In this document: positions 1 to 11,600 of the stretch, in pieces
Numbering within the stretch: position 1 is the stretch's first letter
Layout of the letters: the number at the start of each line of letters is the position of its first letter
Source of the DNA: Octopus bimaculoides
Lineage: Eukaryota
Direction: 5' to 3'
Length of the DNA stretch: 34,826 nucleotides
Assembly: GCF_001194135.2 (NCBI RefSeq)
Contig: NC_068982.1
Span: 83,664,501-83,699,326 of the forward strand
Program-made: the position numbers and the translations under genes
Notes under the pieces: model-generated
Told to the model about the DNA's origin: nothing
The model's input: only the letters and a program-made list of their open reading frames with translations
Databases searched by the model: none

Positions 1-79
1 CATGTTATATTATAATATAAATAAATTATTGGATTGTCAATTGAATCTCTCTATTTAATTTATTGTTTATACATACATA

Positions 80-459
80 CATCATCATCATCATCGTTTA
101 ACATCCGCTTTCCATGCTAGCATGGGTTGGACGATTTGACTGAGGACAAGTGAAACCAGATGGCTACACCAGGCTCCAATCTGATTTGGCAGAGTTTCTA
201 TAGCTGGATGCCCTTCCTAACGCCAACCACTCCAAGAGTGTAGTGGGTGCTTTTACGTGTCACCCGCACGAAGGCCAGTCAGGTGGTACTGGCAACGGCC
301 ATGCTCAAAATGGTGTATTTTATGTGCCACCCGCACAAGAGCCAGTCCAGGGGTACTGGCAACAATCTCGCTCGAAAATACTTACACATGTCACGGGCAC
401 AAGTGCCAGAAAGGCGTTACTGGGCACAGGTGCCATCCTGATTTCGCTTTCGCTTGGCC
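80..459 (-). mobile_element. RTE LINE 3' UTR fragment with (GAT)n tail
   Basis: Begins (CAT)n-CGTTTAACATCCGCTTTCCATGCTAGCATGGG, the reverse complement of the tail seen next to RTE RT sequence at 1662, 12265 and 29473. Confidence 0.85.
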
Positions 460-491
460 CAATATATATCTATATTCATATATATATACAT

Positions 492-923
492 AGAATTCAA
501 GACAAGATGCCCCTGGGAATTCCTCTATGCTGATGACCTTGCATTAATTGCTGAGTCACTATCAGAACTAGAGGAGAAGTTTCAAGTGTGGAAGCAAGGA
601 CTAGAAGCGAAGGGCCTCAGAGTCAACCTAGCTAAAACCAAAGTCCTAATAAATAGGAAGGTAGACAAAACACAAACCCCTTCAGGTAGATGGCCTTGCT
701 CGATCTCTAGAAAAGGTGTAGGTAAAAACTCTATAAGATGTACCCAGTGCAGTTATGGACACATAAGAGGTGCAGCAATATCAAAGGAAGGTTAACTAGG
801 AAGTTAGTTTTTGTATGTGGCAGATATTCAGGAGCAATATACACTGAAAATGTGTAGAAAACAACTTCTATCACATTCCAGGGAGAAAAACAAGATGTAG
901 TTGATAGCTTCCGCTATCTCGGT
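492..923 (+). mobile_element. RTE LINE reverse transcriptase C-terminal fragment
   Basis: Translates CPWEFLYADDLALIAESLSELEEKFQVWKQGLE...RWPCSI (YADD motif); same family as 2741-3319. Confidence 0.9.
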
Positions 924-924
924 G

Positions 925-1004
925 CATGAGTCCAGTGAGTGGCAATTCCACCATGACAACTAGGCATTACATTTTACAGATTAATCTGAACACTAAAGGG
1001 TTAA
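925..1004. mobile_element. Possible piggyBac-like MITE terminus
   Basis: ...CTGAACACTAAAGGG|TTAA at 1001-1004 has the GGG|TTAA end typical of piggyBac, at the point where PLE homology stops. The other end was not found. Confidence 0.3.
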
Positions 1005-1470
1005 GGCTGATAAAGGGCTGACATGGGGGAAGCTATTCAGTCCTATCATCAACATTAAGGTTGGTAGTAATTCTTCTCGCTTCGATATTCACCTCTTTAT
1101 GTAAGTTACCATTTGTTTTCTTATACATACCTGTAATACTATTTGAAAGGAGCCTGTTGTAAAGGTTTTATTCTACAGCATATAAGTTTTTTTTGTTTTA
1201 TTGGACTTCATGAAAATTTTGTCTGAATTCCTAATATTTTTCATCTTGTCGTTCATAGTTCTCTGAAGTGCATTACTGATTTTATGAAATCTAATCTTTC
1301 TAACAAGTTCGATCAGGTGCCTTTTGAAAGGTACTAAATCCAAGTTGGAGGTGGGTTTTTTGGAGACTCACATCTCTTTCTCACAAGGATAAAAATATGA
1401 ATCCCCTAGATTTAATTTTTCTGCTATATTCCTTCTCAAGTTCCTTGTATTATGGTTTCTACTTCCTGCA
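1001..1470 (-). mobile_element. Degenerate Penelope-like element, N-terminal (pre-RT) fragment
   Basis: Minus strand reads KKPTSNLDLVPFKRHLIELVRKIRFHKISNALQRTMNDKMKNIRNSDKIFMKSNKT, then a frameshift in an A-run, then NLYAVE*NLYNRLLSNSITGMYKKTNGNLHKEVNIEARRITTNLNVDDRTE*LPPCQPFISL. The last part aligns by eye to LREANLDAKEIMLKYKLQDRIELMVPKQPRFVL at the start of the PLE ORF at 26502. Confidence 0.7.
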
Positions 1471-1661
1471 CTGAAGAGTACGTTGATATTTAATTAATTT
1501 GATTTAATTCAATCATAGATATACATTATTATATCTCTGTATGAAACAATCGTCTGCAAGAATTAAACTTCTTGTATATTTTAACAACTTGGCTCCGCCA
1601 TTTTTAACTAAATTGATGAGTTTTATGGGACGTCATTCCATAAATTCACCATACATTATAT

Positions 1662-3824
1662 ATCATCATCATCATCATTGTTTAACATCCACTTTCCATG
1701 TGCACATGGGTTGGACAGTTTGACTGAGGACTGGCTAGCCAAATGGCTGTATTAGGCTCCAATCTGATCTGGCAGAGTTTCACGAGAGCCAGTCAGGCGG
1801 TACTGGCAATGGCCAAGCACAAACGGTGTTTTTTATGTGCCACCTGCACAAGAGACAGTCCAGTGGCACTGGCAATGACCTTGCTCGAATGTTATCTTTC
1901 ACGTGCCAGTAAGGCGATGCTAGTAACGATCACACTGAATGGTGCTAATGTGCTACCAGCACGGGAGCCAGTCAGCAGCCCTGGCAATGATCACAATCAG
2001 ATGGTGCTCTTAGTGCTCCACTAGCACGGATGCCAGTCAAGCGGTGATGTCATCGAATTTGATTTCGATTTCACTTGCCTCAACAAGTCTTCGCAGGCAG
2101 AGTTTAGTGTCCAATGAAGGAAAGGTAACCATAGGTGGGCTGGTTACACCACTGGCATAGGCCACGGGTTATGGTCTCACCTGGCTTGCCGGGTCTTCTC
2201 AAGCACAGCATATTTCCAAAGGCATCAGTCACTAGTCATTGCCTCGGTAAGGCCCAATATTTGAAGGTCCTGCTTCATCAATTCATCCCAAGACTTCCTG
2301 GGTCTACCTCTTCCACAGGTTCCCTCAACTGTTAGGGTGTGGCACTTTTTCACACAGCTATCCTCATCCATTCTCGCCACATAACCATACCAGTGCAATC
2401 ATCTCTCTTGTACACCACAACTGATGCTTCTTAAATCCAACTTTTCTCTCAGGGCACTTACACTCTGTTGTGTATGCACACTGACATTACACATCTATCA
2501 GAGCATACTGGCTTCATTCCTTGTGATCTTATGCATGTCCTCAGCAGTCACAGCCCATGTTTCACTGCCATGTAGCATGGCTGTTCATACACGTGTGTCA
2601 TATAGTCTACCTTTTACTCTGAGGGAAAGGCCCTTTGTCCCCAGCAGAAGTAGGAGCTCTCTGAACTTTACCCAGTCTATTCTTATTCTAGCAGCTACAC
2701 TTTCAGAGCACCCACCCCTGCTACTGACTTGGTCACCTAGCTAACAGAAGCTATCAACTACTACTAGTTTTTCTCCCTGGAATATGGCAGAAGTTGTTCT
2801 CTGCACATTTTCAATGTTTATTGCTCCTGAACATCTGCCACATACAAAAACTATCTTCCCAGTTAGCCTACCTTTGATATTGCTGCACCTCTTATGTGTC
2901 CATAGCTTACACTGAGTACATCTTATGGAATTTCTACCTACACCTTTTCTACAGATCGAGCAGGGCCATCTACCTGAAGGGATTTGTGGTTTGTCTGCCT
3001 TCCTACTTATTAGGACCTTGGTTTTAGCTAGGCTGACTCTAAGGCCCTTCGATTCTAATCCTTGCTTCCACACCTGAAACTTCTCCTCTAGTTCTGATAG
3101 TGACTCAACAATTAGTGCAAGGTCATCAGAATAGAGGAGCTCCCAGGAGCATCCTGTCTTGAATTCCTCTGTTATTGCCTGGAAGACTATGATAAATAGG
3201 AGGGGGCTGAGGACAGAACCTTGGTGGACCCCTACCCGGAATTCTTCATTGTACTTGTTGCCAACTCTCTCCTTACTGATGCGTCGCTGGACATGGATTG
3301 CACAGCTCTCACTAACCATTCATCTATCCCTAGTTTCCTCCCTGATCACCACATAAGGGATCGGGGGACCCTGTCAAAGGCTTTCTCCATGTCAACGAAA
3401 GCCAGGTACAGAGGTTTATCTTTGGCTAGGTATTTCTCCTGTAGCTGTCTTACCAGAAATATAGCATCAGTGGTGCTTTTCCTTGGCACAAACCCAAAGT
3501 ACATCTCATGTAAACTGACTCTCTCCCTAATTAGTTGGGCTATGGCCCTCTCCGTGACCTTCATTACCTGATCCAACAACTTGATACCTCTGTAATTATT
3601 TGTATCTAAAGTGTCACTTTTACCTTTGTAGCAGTTGACTATGGTGCAGCTACACCAGTCATTGGGTATGACTCCTTCATGTATCACCTGGTTAACTATA
3701 CGGGTGACTAGGCTATAACGGACACCGCCAGATATTTTGAGCATCTCTGCAGTGATTCCTGATGGGCCAGGGGCTTTCCCTGTCTTCATCCTCTTAATTG
3801 CTTTATCTACCAATGTACTATCAA
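1662..3824 (-). mobile_element. 5'-truncated RTE LINE (RT + 3' UTR + (GAT)n tail)
   Basis: ORFs 3346-3813 (KAPGPSGI, NYRGIKLL, FVDMEKAFDRV) and 2741-3319 (GVHQGSVLSPLLF, LYSDD), followed by a long 3' UTR and a (CAT)n tail at 1662; frameshifted. Confidence 0.95.
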
Positions 3825-3844
3825 TATATATTTAATATATATAT

Positions 3845-3900
3845 TCCTTTATTTGTTTCAGTCATCTTGACTGTATCCATGAACTGCCTTTAATCGAACA
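3845..3900 (-). mobile_element. Short SINE 3' fragment
   Basis: TTTGTTTCAGTCATCTTGACTG resembles the SINE 3' ends at 22903 and 17128. Confidence 0.5.
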
Positions 3901-5604
3901 AATATATATAATATATATATAAATAAGCAGAAAATGGAGAAAACTTTTGATCAACAAACAAACTGACCAACATCAATTATTTTTTTAATACAAAACATAA
4001 CATTACATAACATTTCTTACAGCCATTTCAGCTGCCAATGTCAATCGGTGCTTACAAAGAAAATTCTGAAAATAATATTCACCATCTTTATAGCACATTC
4101 GATCTAGTACAATGGAGCTTCATCAGAGTGAATACAAATACATAAAATAAAATAAACGAATGGAAGAGGGAAGAGGAAAAAACAGGGCTTCGAGATGAGT
4201 TTAAAGATAAACAAAATACCATGTGAAAGGTTGGCTGGGTTGTAAAACATTAATTCAAATGCCTATGTATTATGAGCGTGAGCATTAACTATTCAATCAC
4301 ATATCAATTACAATTAAAAAAAACAAAAAAATTTTAATGGACAAAATAATTAAATAAGTGTAATCTACAGCTATCGAAATATATTTCTAGATATCTCAAA
4401 AAATATTAATCCAAACTTGTTTATGTCTCAGCGAATCTTTCGCTATTATAACATACAACAATATGTATGTGAATATAATTAAGCATCAGGGTTTTACTTT
4501 ATCTAGAACTGTAATAAAAGTTGTAAAAAAAATATAAATGATAATTATATCTTTAATATATAATAACTCTTCTATTTACTTAAAGCTATTGATATAAATA
4601 AATATTGTTTAAAGTAACTAATAGGAATGTTCTATAATTATTGTTTATCATAGGGAGAATTCCATAATAAATATGAAGATAAACTTATGGCTGTAAACAC
4701 TATAACCTAAATACCCCATAGATGCAGGGTTAGGCTATAATAATGGATATCAACATATTACCAGTTTTTTAGAAGTAACTGGATTTGGAGCTACTTAAAC
4801 AAGGTTTATTATTCAAAGGCAGAACTCTGTAAATAAGTAAAAATTAAGTAATATAATAAAACAAGTATTAAGGATTGCTCATGATAAAATAATTAATACT
4901 ATTATTTTTTAATAGTTTCCTTATTGACCACCTGACAAGGAATCAGGGGACCCTGTCAAAGGCTTTTTCCATGTCAACATAAGCTAGATACAGAGACTTA
5001 TCTTTGGCTAGATATTTCTCCAGCAGCTGTCTTACCAGAAATATAGCATCAGTGGTGTTTTTCCCTGGCACAAACCCAAACTGCATCGCATCTAGACTAA
5101 CTCTCTCCCTATGACCCTCTCTGTAACTTTCATTACTTGATCCAATAACTTGATACCTCTGTAATTATTTGTATCTAAAGCATCATCTTTACCTTTGTAG
5201 TAGTTGACTAAGGTGCTGCTACACCAGTTATTGTGTATGACTCCCTTGTGTATCATCTAATTGACTATACAGGTGACTAGACTATAGCCAACACTGCCAG
5301 ATATTTTAAGTATCTCTGTGGTGATTCCTGATGGGCTGGGGGGGCCTTCCCTGTCTTCATAGTCTTAATTGCTTTATCTATCAAAGTACTGTCAATTCAG
5401 ATAGCTGGTCCATCTGTTGGGGTGACTTTCGGCAGATTCTCTTTCTCCCATTCCTTATCTTCATTTAGCAACCTTTCACAGTGGCGTCTCCAAGTCTCTC
5501 CTAGCAGCCTCATTAAATACAAGTGAGCCGTCATCTATGTGGACACATTTCTCTCCTGTGACATCACGATTCATACACTGTCTTGCAACATGGAGGAATT
5601 TCAA

Positions 5605-6126
5605 CCATGTTTCGTGGTCTGCTACTACAACAGCTCCTTTATAGGATCCAGTTAGCTCAAGACATCATCAGGAGGAACCACGTCCGGTTTCGGCCCCTAC
5701 TCCTCTACCGTTTTGACGTGGCGGGGCACCTCCTTTCGGAGGTGTCTTCAGCTCTGGTGTTGGGTGTGCATCTTCTTTCTTCTATTCCCTGGCCTCTTCG
5801 ATGCAGCATCAACGAGTGTCAGCGTCCGACTGATCGTCATGTCAAGTTCCCCTTTTTATATCTGCTGCTAGGCTCCAGCAGGCAGCCCCAGCTAGTTGTT
5901 ACGTGACACTGTCTAAATTTCCCGCTGCTAGGGTCCAGTAGGCAGCACCAGCAAGTTGTCACATGACACTGTCTGAACTTTAACTGACAATGGAGGGCGC
6001 GAAGCCACTTCAGTGTCAGCCTGTCAACCTAGACATGTTATGACTTTCAAGCCATATTCGGTCTTCCCGCTTCAGCCATATATAGAAGCTGGCTTTTTCG
6101 ACCGCCTCCTGTATCCTCCTTATCAG
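5605..6126 (-). mobile_element. 3' end of a HERO-like (restriction-like endonuclease) non-LTR retrotransposon nested in the RTE
   Basis: The RTE sequence is interrupted relative to the copy at ~14005-14060. The insert encodes IRRIQEAVEKASFYIWLKREDRIW, resembling the HERO C-terminal E-x-A-E-x-x-S-x-W-x-W-x-K-R motif, followed by a GC-richer 3' UTR. TTCAA flanks it at 5600-5604 and 6127-6131. Confidence 0.6.
5861..5980. repeat. Two imperfect 60-bp tandem units in the HERO-like 3' UTR
   Basis: GCTGCTAGG(C/G)TCCAG(C/T)AGGCAGC(C/A)CCAGC(T/A)AGTTGT(T/C)AC(G/A)TGACACTGTCT occurs at period 60. Confidence 0.85.
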
Positions 6127-8084
6127 TTCAAATCTGGTCCTCACGACCCAGAACATTGGCAAATTTTTCTTATCTGCTTCCCCTCTGATTAAATAAACTT
6201 GTCTCCTAGCTTCCCTTCTGGCAGTCTGATACAATTCCCTGCTACCACTGCTCTTCCAGTCATTCCATGCCTGTTTCTTTTCCTTAATGGCCCTGTCAAC
6301 TACATTGTTCCACCACCATGTTACCTTGGGTTGAGAGGAGACTTTGCACCATCCACAGATCTGGTTGGTAACCCTCAACCGGTTGTCCCATAGAAACTTC
6401 CAGTTGTCTTCCACATCATGTGATGCTATATCCTCCTCTATTTCGTCAAAAGCTTCAAGTAGTACATCTCTAAATCTCTGTTCATTCGCAGGATCCTTAA
6501 GCTTCCAGACCCTTCTTCGCCATGCTGGTCGTCTTCTGGGCATCCATTTAGCCCTGATCCTTAAGTCGCTAACTACTAATCTATGTTGAGGGGTGCATTC
6601 TACACCTGGGAGGGTTTTGACATTTATAAGTAGCCATCTTTCCCATTTCCTGGTGAGAATGTAGTCAATTTGACTAGTGTGTCTACCAGATCAGTAAGTG
6701 AATAGGTGACTGGCAAGTTTCCTGAAGTTAGTATTACAAACCATAAGATCATTTGCATTGCAGAACTCCAGAAGCCTGGTTCGCTCCTCATTGTGGGAAC
6801 CAAAACCATAGCCTCCATGTATGCCATGGAAGCCCCCTGCGTGTTGTCCAATATGCCTATTGAAGTTGTCAGCCACAAAGTGAATGTCCCTGTCATTCGT
6901 CAATGAAGTAGTCTGCAAGAGGGTGTCATAAAATCAGTCTTTCTGTTCATCAGGTAGCCCCAGCTGAGGGGTATAGGCTGATATAATGGTTGCTAACCCA
7001 TATTGCAGCACTAATCTAATCTTAAGTATTCTATCACAGACTATAACTACCTTGATTACCTTATCAACCCATTTCTCTGCAAGAAGTATACCCACACCCT
7101 CAACTCCATCAGTGTTCCCTGCCAAGAAAATCTTATACCTATGTTCTTTGCCTACGAGGAACCTACCAGAACTTCCCCTCCACCTTACTTCTTGGATGCA
7201 GCACAAATCTACACGTCTCCGTTCAAGCATCTCAACAATCTCACCAGACCTACCTTTCAGTGTGCCAACATTAAGTGTGCCAACCCTGAGGTTGTGGGAG
7301 GTGTGGGCATGTAAAACCATGGGATGGGGGACAGCAGTGTCATGTACCTGAAAAGAAAGCATGCATTTGGCAGAACTCATAGCCTTCAACCTGCATACAC
7401 TACACCATCATTATTATGCACTACACAATCATATTACATAGGAGATAAAGACTAAGTAGGGATGGGGGAACATTAAGCCTTTGGAGGTGTTCATGGAAGA
7501 GACATCCGATAGAGGTCAGAGGATGAAGACTTCTGGTACAGGTGGTGGAGGTGGGATGGGCGGGCACACCGCGAAACAGCAAAAACTCAGGCTACCAGTG
7601 TAAGAGAATATTATGCTAATAATGAGATAGAATTGGGCATTTGAAATTTTTAACTAGAGCTACAACCAAGAGTTTTTGGTCAGCCAAACTGTGACAAAAT
7701 TAGATAAATAGATGAATAAGTGACGATAATAAATGAGCATGATAGAGAGGGAGAAAGAGGGAGAGCTGGATCGAGCAAAGTGAACCTAAGTTTCATTTTT
7801 ATTTTAAACATACAGCGTGGAAGACAAAACTGTGTTTCCATACACAGACAATAAAATAGAATAATGAAATGAACTAATAAGGTAATTATGATCTGCACTG
7901 AAAAAAGAGAGGTTTAGATGTACTAGGCTGAAAAACAAGATTGCTTATCTGAACATCTGATTTTCTACTCCTTTTGGCGAGGTGTTAAAATGAGATAGGG
8001 GAATCTGAATGAGCTAGTTTATATAGGGTGGAGTGGAGGAAGCGGAGATGAAGTGTTGGGAGAAGCAAGTGGTTATCGAAACAG

Positions 8085-8316
8085 AGAGAGAGATACAGAT
8101 ATACACACAAATACACTTATACACATACATATCAATACACATAGATGCATATATATACATCCATATAGACATATATACACAAATACCCACATTAACAATA
8201 AATGATATACACACACATATATACATGAATACAGAGAGTTCCATACACATACTTGTACACATAAATATACATGCATATACACATACACACATATATATAT
8301 ACATATATACATATAT
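8085..8316. repeat. Compound (TA/CA)n microsatellite
   Basis: Direct inspection; explains spurious YI/VC-rich ORFs. Confidence 0.9.
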
Positions 8317-8376
8317 TCGTCCAACCCAAGCTTGCATGGAAAGCAGATGTTAAACGATGATGATGATGATGATGAT
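8317..8376 (+). mobile_element. RTE 3' terminal fragment with (GAT)n tail
   Basis: TCGTCCAACCCAAGCTTGCATGGAAAGCAGATGTTAAACGATGATGATG. Confidence 0.85.
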
Positions 8377-8384
8377 ATATATAT

Positions 8385-9189
8385 GAGGTATCAAGTTGTT
8401 AGATCAGGTAACGAAAGTCACAGAGAGGGTCATAGCCCAACTAATTAGGGAGCGAGTCAGTTTAGATGAGATGCAGTTTGGGTTCGTGCCAGGGAAAAGC
8501 ACCACTGATGCTATATTTCTGGTAAGACAGGTGCAGGAGAAATACCTAGCCAAGGATAAACCTTTGCACCTGGCTTTCGTTGACATGGAGAAAGCCTTTG
8601 AGAGGGTCCCGCGATCCCTTATCAGGTGGTCAATGAGGAAACTAGGGATAAAAGAATGGTTAGTGAGAACTGTGCGAGCCATGTACAGAGACGCTGTCAG
8701 TAAGGTGAGGGTTGGCAACGAGTACAGTGAAGAATTCTGGGTAGAGGTAGGGGTTCACCATGGTTCTGTCCTCAGCCCCCTCCTATTTATCATAGTCCTC
8801 CAGGCGATAACAGAGGAATTCAAGATGGGATGCCCCTGGGAGCTCCTCTATGCTGATGACCTTGCATTAATTGCTGAGTCACTATCAGAACTAGAGAAGT
8901 TTCAGGTGTGGAAGTCGGGACTAGAATTGAAGGGCCTTAGAGTCAACCTAGCTAAAACCAAAGTCCTTAATAAGTAGGAAGGTAGACAAAACACAAACCC
9001 CTTCAGGTAGATGGCACTGCTCGATCTGTAGAAAAGGTGTAGGTAGAAACTCTATAAGATGTACTCAGTGCAAGCTATGGACACATAAGAGGTGCAGCAA
9101 TATCAAAAGCAGGTTAACTAGGAAGTTAGGTTTTATATGTGGCAGATGTTCAAGTACAATAAACACTGAAAATGTGCAGAAAACAACTT
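8385..9189 (+). mobile_element. RTE LINE RT fragment
   Basis: ORF 8396-8977: QFGFVPGKSTTDAIF, FVDMEKAFERVP, GVHHGSVLSPLLF, LYADD. Confidence 0.95.
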
Positions 9190-9820
9190 TGTTTACTTTG
9201 AAGGAAGCGAGGAATTCTCTAATGTTAAGAGAAAGCTCAATCTTTTCTTCTACCACTGACTTATGTTCTGAAATAGACTCATTACAGGACTGACTTTCTG
9301 ACTTAGAAAATTTTCAAGACGATGTTAAGAGTTTACTTAAGGAGAAACATGAAATAGACTGGCACTAATCTCTACCCACAGAATATAAGAAAATCCCACT
9401 TAACAAAAATGGAAAAATATTCCAGTTCACTGAGTACTTGAAACAAAAACCACTAATAGAAAGAATAAGCCACACTAAAAGCCTAGCATGATGTACCAAA
9501 AAGTTTATAAGATTTCACCTTCAAGGTTGTCTCCAAACAATCCTGGATGACAAAAAGAAATTCCTACCAAGTATCTTCTAAACCAGTGTTTCCCAACAAG
9601 GGGTGTGGGAAAATTGGGGTGGGGCATGCATTAGCGTGGGTTGTGAAAATTTTTGCAAGTGACTTGAGTGCACACTAGTCGACCCTAAGCCTATCTTTGA
9701 ACATTGAAATGGAAAAAAAAACATGGCCATGCAATATCTACACTTAAACAATAGGAACTGATGTAGTTATGACCAATCAGTGTACCAAGTGAGGTATCTG
9801 CATTTGTTAGGCGTTTGTTT
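9185..9820 (+). repeat. Apparently identical 636-bp direct duplicate of 18720-19355
   Basis: The sequences match at constant offset 9535 from AACTTTGTTTAC to GCGTTTGTTT; I saw no mismatch by eye. Confidence 0.9.
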
Positions 9821-10193
9821 ACTATCCGTTTGTTAATAAAATTTTCCGTTGACCCTATGTAAAAATAATTTCTTCATTCCAAATCCACCCCACATCTATA
9901 TACAATATTATTCTGTAAACGGTGAGTGTGTAACACCCAAAAAATAGTAAAATGTAGTTGGCAAAAATGTTAATCAAACAGACCGAATTAAGGATTTTAA
10001 ATTTTGGGTAAGAGTTTTGAAGTGGCTAGTTTAAGTTGGAATAATTATATGAATAAGAGCGCTCATGTGAAAACAGAGGCAAATTGTAACTCGCAAATGA
10101 ATATTGTTGNNNNNNNNNNAAATTTGGTTGAAAATTGTAGGAGTAGAAGTGGTTCACACAACACACACACAGACAACTTGCCTTTTAATATAA

Positions 10194-11061
10194 TATAATG
10201 GTTTAAGGAATAATTCATAAACATTTTTTTCAAATTTAAAAATGCATGCAGAAATAAAATGTATTAGCAAAATGTTTTATGTTATTTGAAAGAGAATTTT
10301 TTGCTCTACAAGATAGTGTTTTTATTTTTTTTATTTTATTGATTTTTGTGTATTTTCAGTTTGAACACCATTTACTTTTTGCATTTACTTGAGGTGTTAA
10401 GCTTGCCGAAGCTGCTCATGAGATTTATACTGTGTATGGAGAAGGAAAGGAGCAATGTCTCAAAGTACTGCCCGCCATTGGTTTTCGCACTTCAAGAATG
10501 GGAATTTTGACCTCAAGGATGGATCACACACATTGGTCAACCAATTGAGTTTGATGAACCTTCTCCACTGAGTGAAGGTGGTTCACCACAGTCTTTTTTT
10601 TTATCACAGTCCATCTGCTCCACCAATTCTCTGGCCGTTTGAAGTGGATTTTCATGAAGAAGTTGATTAATTTACTCTTCATCAAACTCAATTGGTCGAC
10701 TGATGTGTGATCCGTCCTTGAGGTCAAAATTCCCATTTTTGAAGTGTAAAAACCAATAGTGGGTGGTTCTTTGAGGCATTGCTCCTTCTCCATACATAGC
10801 ACAAATCTTACAAGCAGCTTTGGAAGGCTTAACAAAAAAGCAAATGGTGTCCAAAATGCTCAGTTTTGTCCACTTGACATTCCATTTCAATGATCTGAAA
10901 ATACACAAAAATCAATAAAATTTAAAAAATCAAAACACACTATCTTGTAGAGCAAAAGATTCTCATTCAAATAACATAAAACATTTTGCCAATGCATTTT
11001 ATTTCTGCATGCATCTTTAAATTTGAAAGAAAATGCTCATGAATTATTCTTCAACCCAATA
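10194..11061. mobile_element. Fold-back mariner-derived element (two inverted transposase 5' ends)
   Basis: Inverted arms ~10194-10558 and ~10678-11061. The right end reads TATTGGGTTGAAGAATAATTC (mariner-like TIR). The minus strand encodes KICAMYGEGAMPQRTTHYWFLHFKNGNFDLKDGSHISRPIEFDEE (mariner HTH region). Confidence 0.85.
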
Positions 11062-11379
11062 TTTATATTTCATTGTTCAATTTATACACCCACCAACCCA
11101 CCCAATCATTAGCGAAGACAAAACCATTTATGTTTTGAAAATAAGTTACCCAATCAAATTCAAATGCTTATTTGTCAAATTAGATTATATCAAATCATGT
11201 ATTATATGTACCATCATAACTTTATTCCAGTCTTGAATACAACTGTCTGGCAAATGGAAACATGAAACTGAGTAACAGTTCTGTGTTTCTGCAGCTTTAA
11301 TAAAAAGAAAAGCATATTACTCTACCCTCAGTATTTGAGTACTATTTTTTTCCACCTTCTTTTGCATTTATATGTTTAC

Positions 11380-11600
11380 TCGTGTGTGTGTGTGTATGTA
11401 TGTATATATGTGTGTGATGTATACACACACATATATACATACATTTGTATACACATACATTTGTATACACATACATTTGCGAAATTATATTTATTCCTTT
11501 TTTTATATTTTGAAAAAATTATTACACATCTATCAATCAATCTCCAGATCAAATGAAAATACGTACATACACACACACACATACACAAATAAGCATAACT
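11380..11600. repeat. Compound microsatellite
   Basis: (TG)n/(TA)n/(CA)n runs. Confidence 0.85.

Larger units (their letters stand above)
4925..7400 (-). mobile_element. RTE LINE with APE endonuclease, linker and RT N-terminus (3'-truncated, interrupted at ~5605-6126)
   Basis: LRVGTLNVGTLKGRSGEIVEMLERRRVDLCCIQEVRWRG (APE, 6934-7389), DFN/GHIG-like and HNEERTRLLEFCNANDL motifs, linker TWWWN. The RT region 4925-5400 is a separate copy of 3350-3820 with many substitutions. The 5' boundary is uncertain and may extend to ~7620. Confidence 0.9.

Noticed and set aside
4360-4508. Possible minus-strand exon after ttattacag
   Set aside because: Early stops in all frames.
4762-4826. Possible minus-strand exon (ttatttacag...gtaata)
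   Set aside because: Stops in all three frames and no F-BAR similarity.
5603-5695. CTGATGA and two GAAAC motifs on the minus strand of the HERO-like 3' UTR, suggesting a hammerhead
   Set aside because: I could not build canonical stems I and II in either the type I or the type II arrangement. It would need an Infernal or covariation test to revive.
5583-5906. 107-aa plus-strand ORF
   Set aside because: Antisense to the HERO-like 3' UTR, with no recognisable domain.
7400-7680. HDV-like ribozyme expected in some RTE 5' UTRs
   Set aside because: No nested double-pseudoknot pattern was recognisable by eye, and the 5' boundary is undefined.
8014-8353. YI/VC/HT-rich ORFs here and at 11335-11675, 23924-24222, 27701-28039, 30717-30989 and 32841-33093
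   Set aside because: Translations of dinucleotide microsatellites.
9821-10193. Possible Helitron/Helentron-like repeat end (…CACACACAGACAACTTGCCTTTTAATATA)
   Set aside because: Resemblance only; interrupted by a gap, and no diagnostic hairpin or terminus was confirmed.
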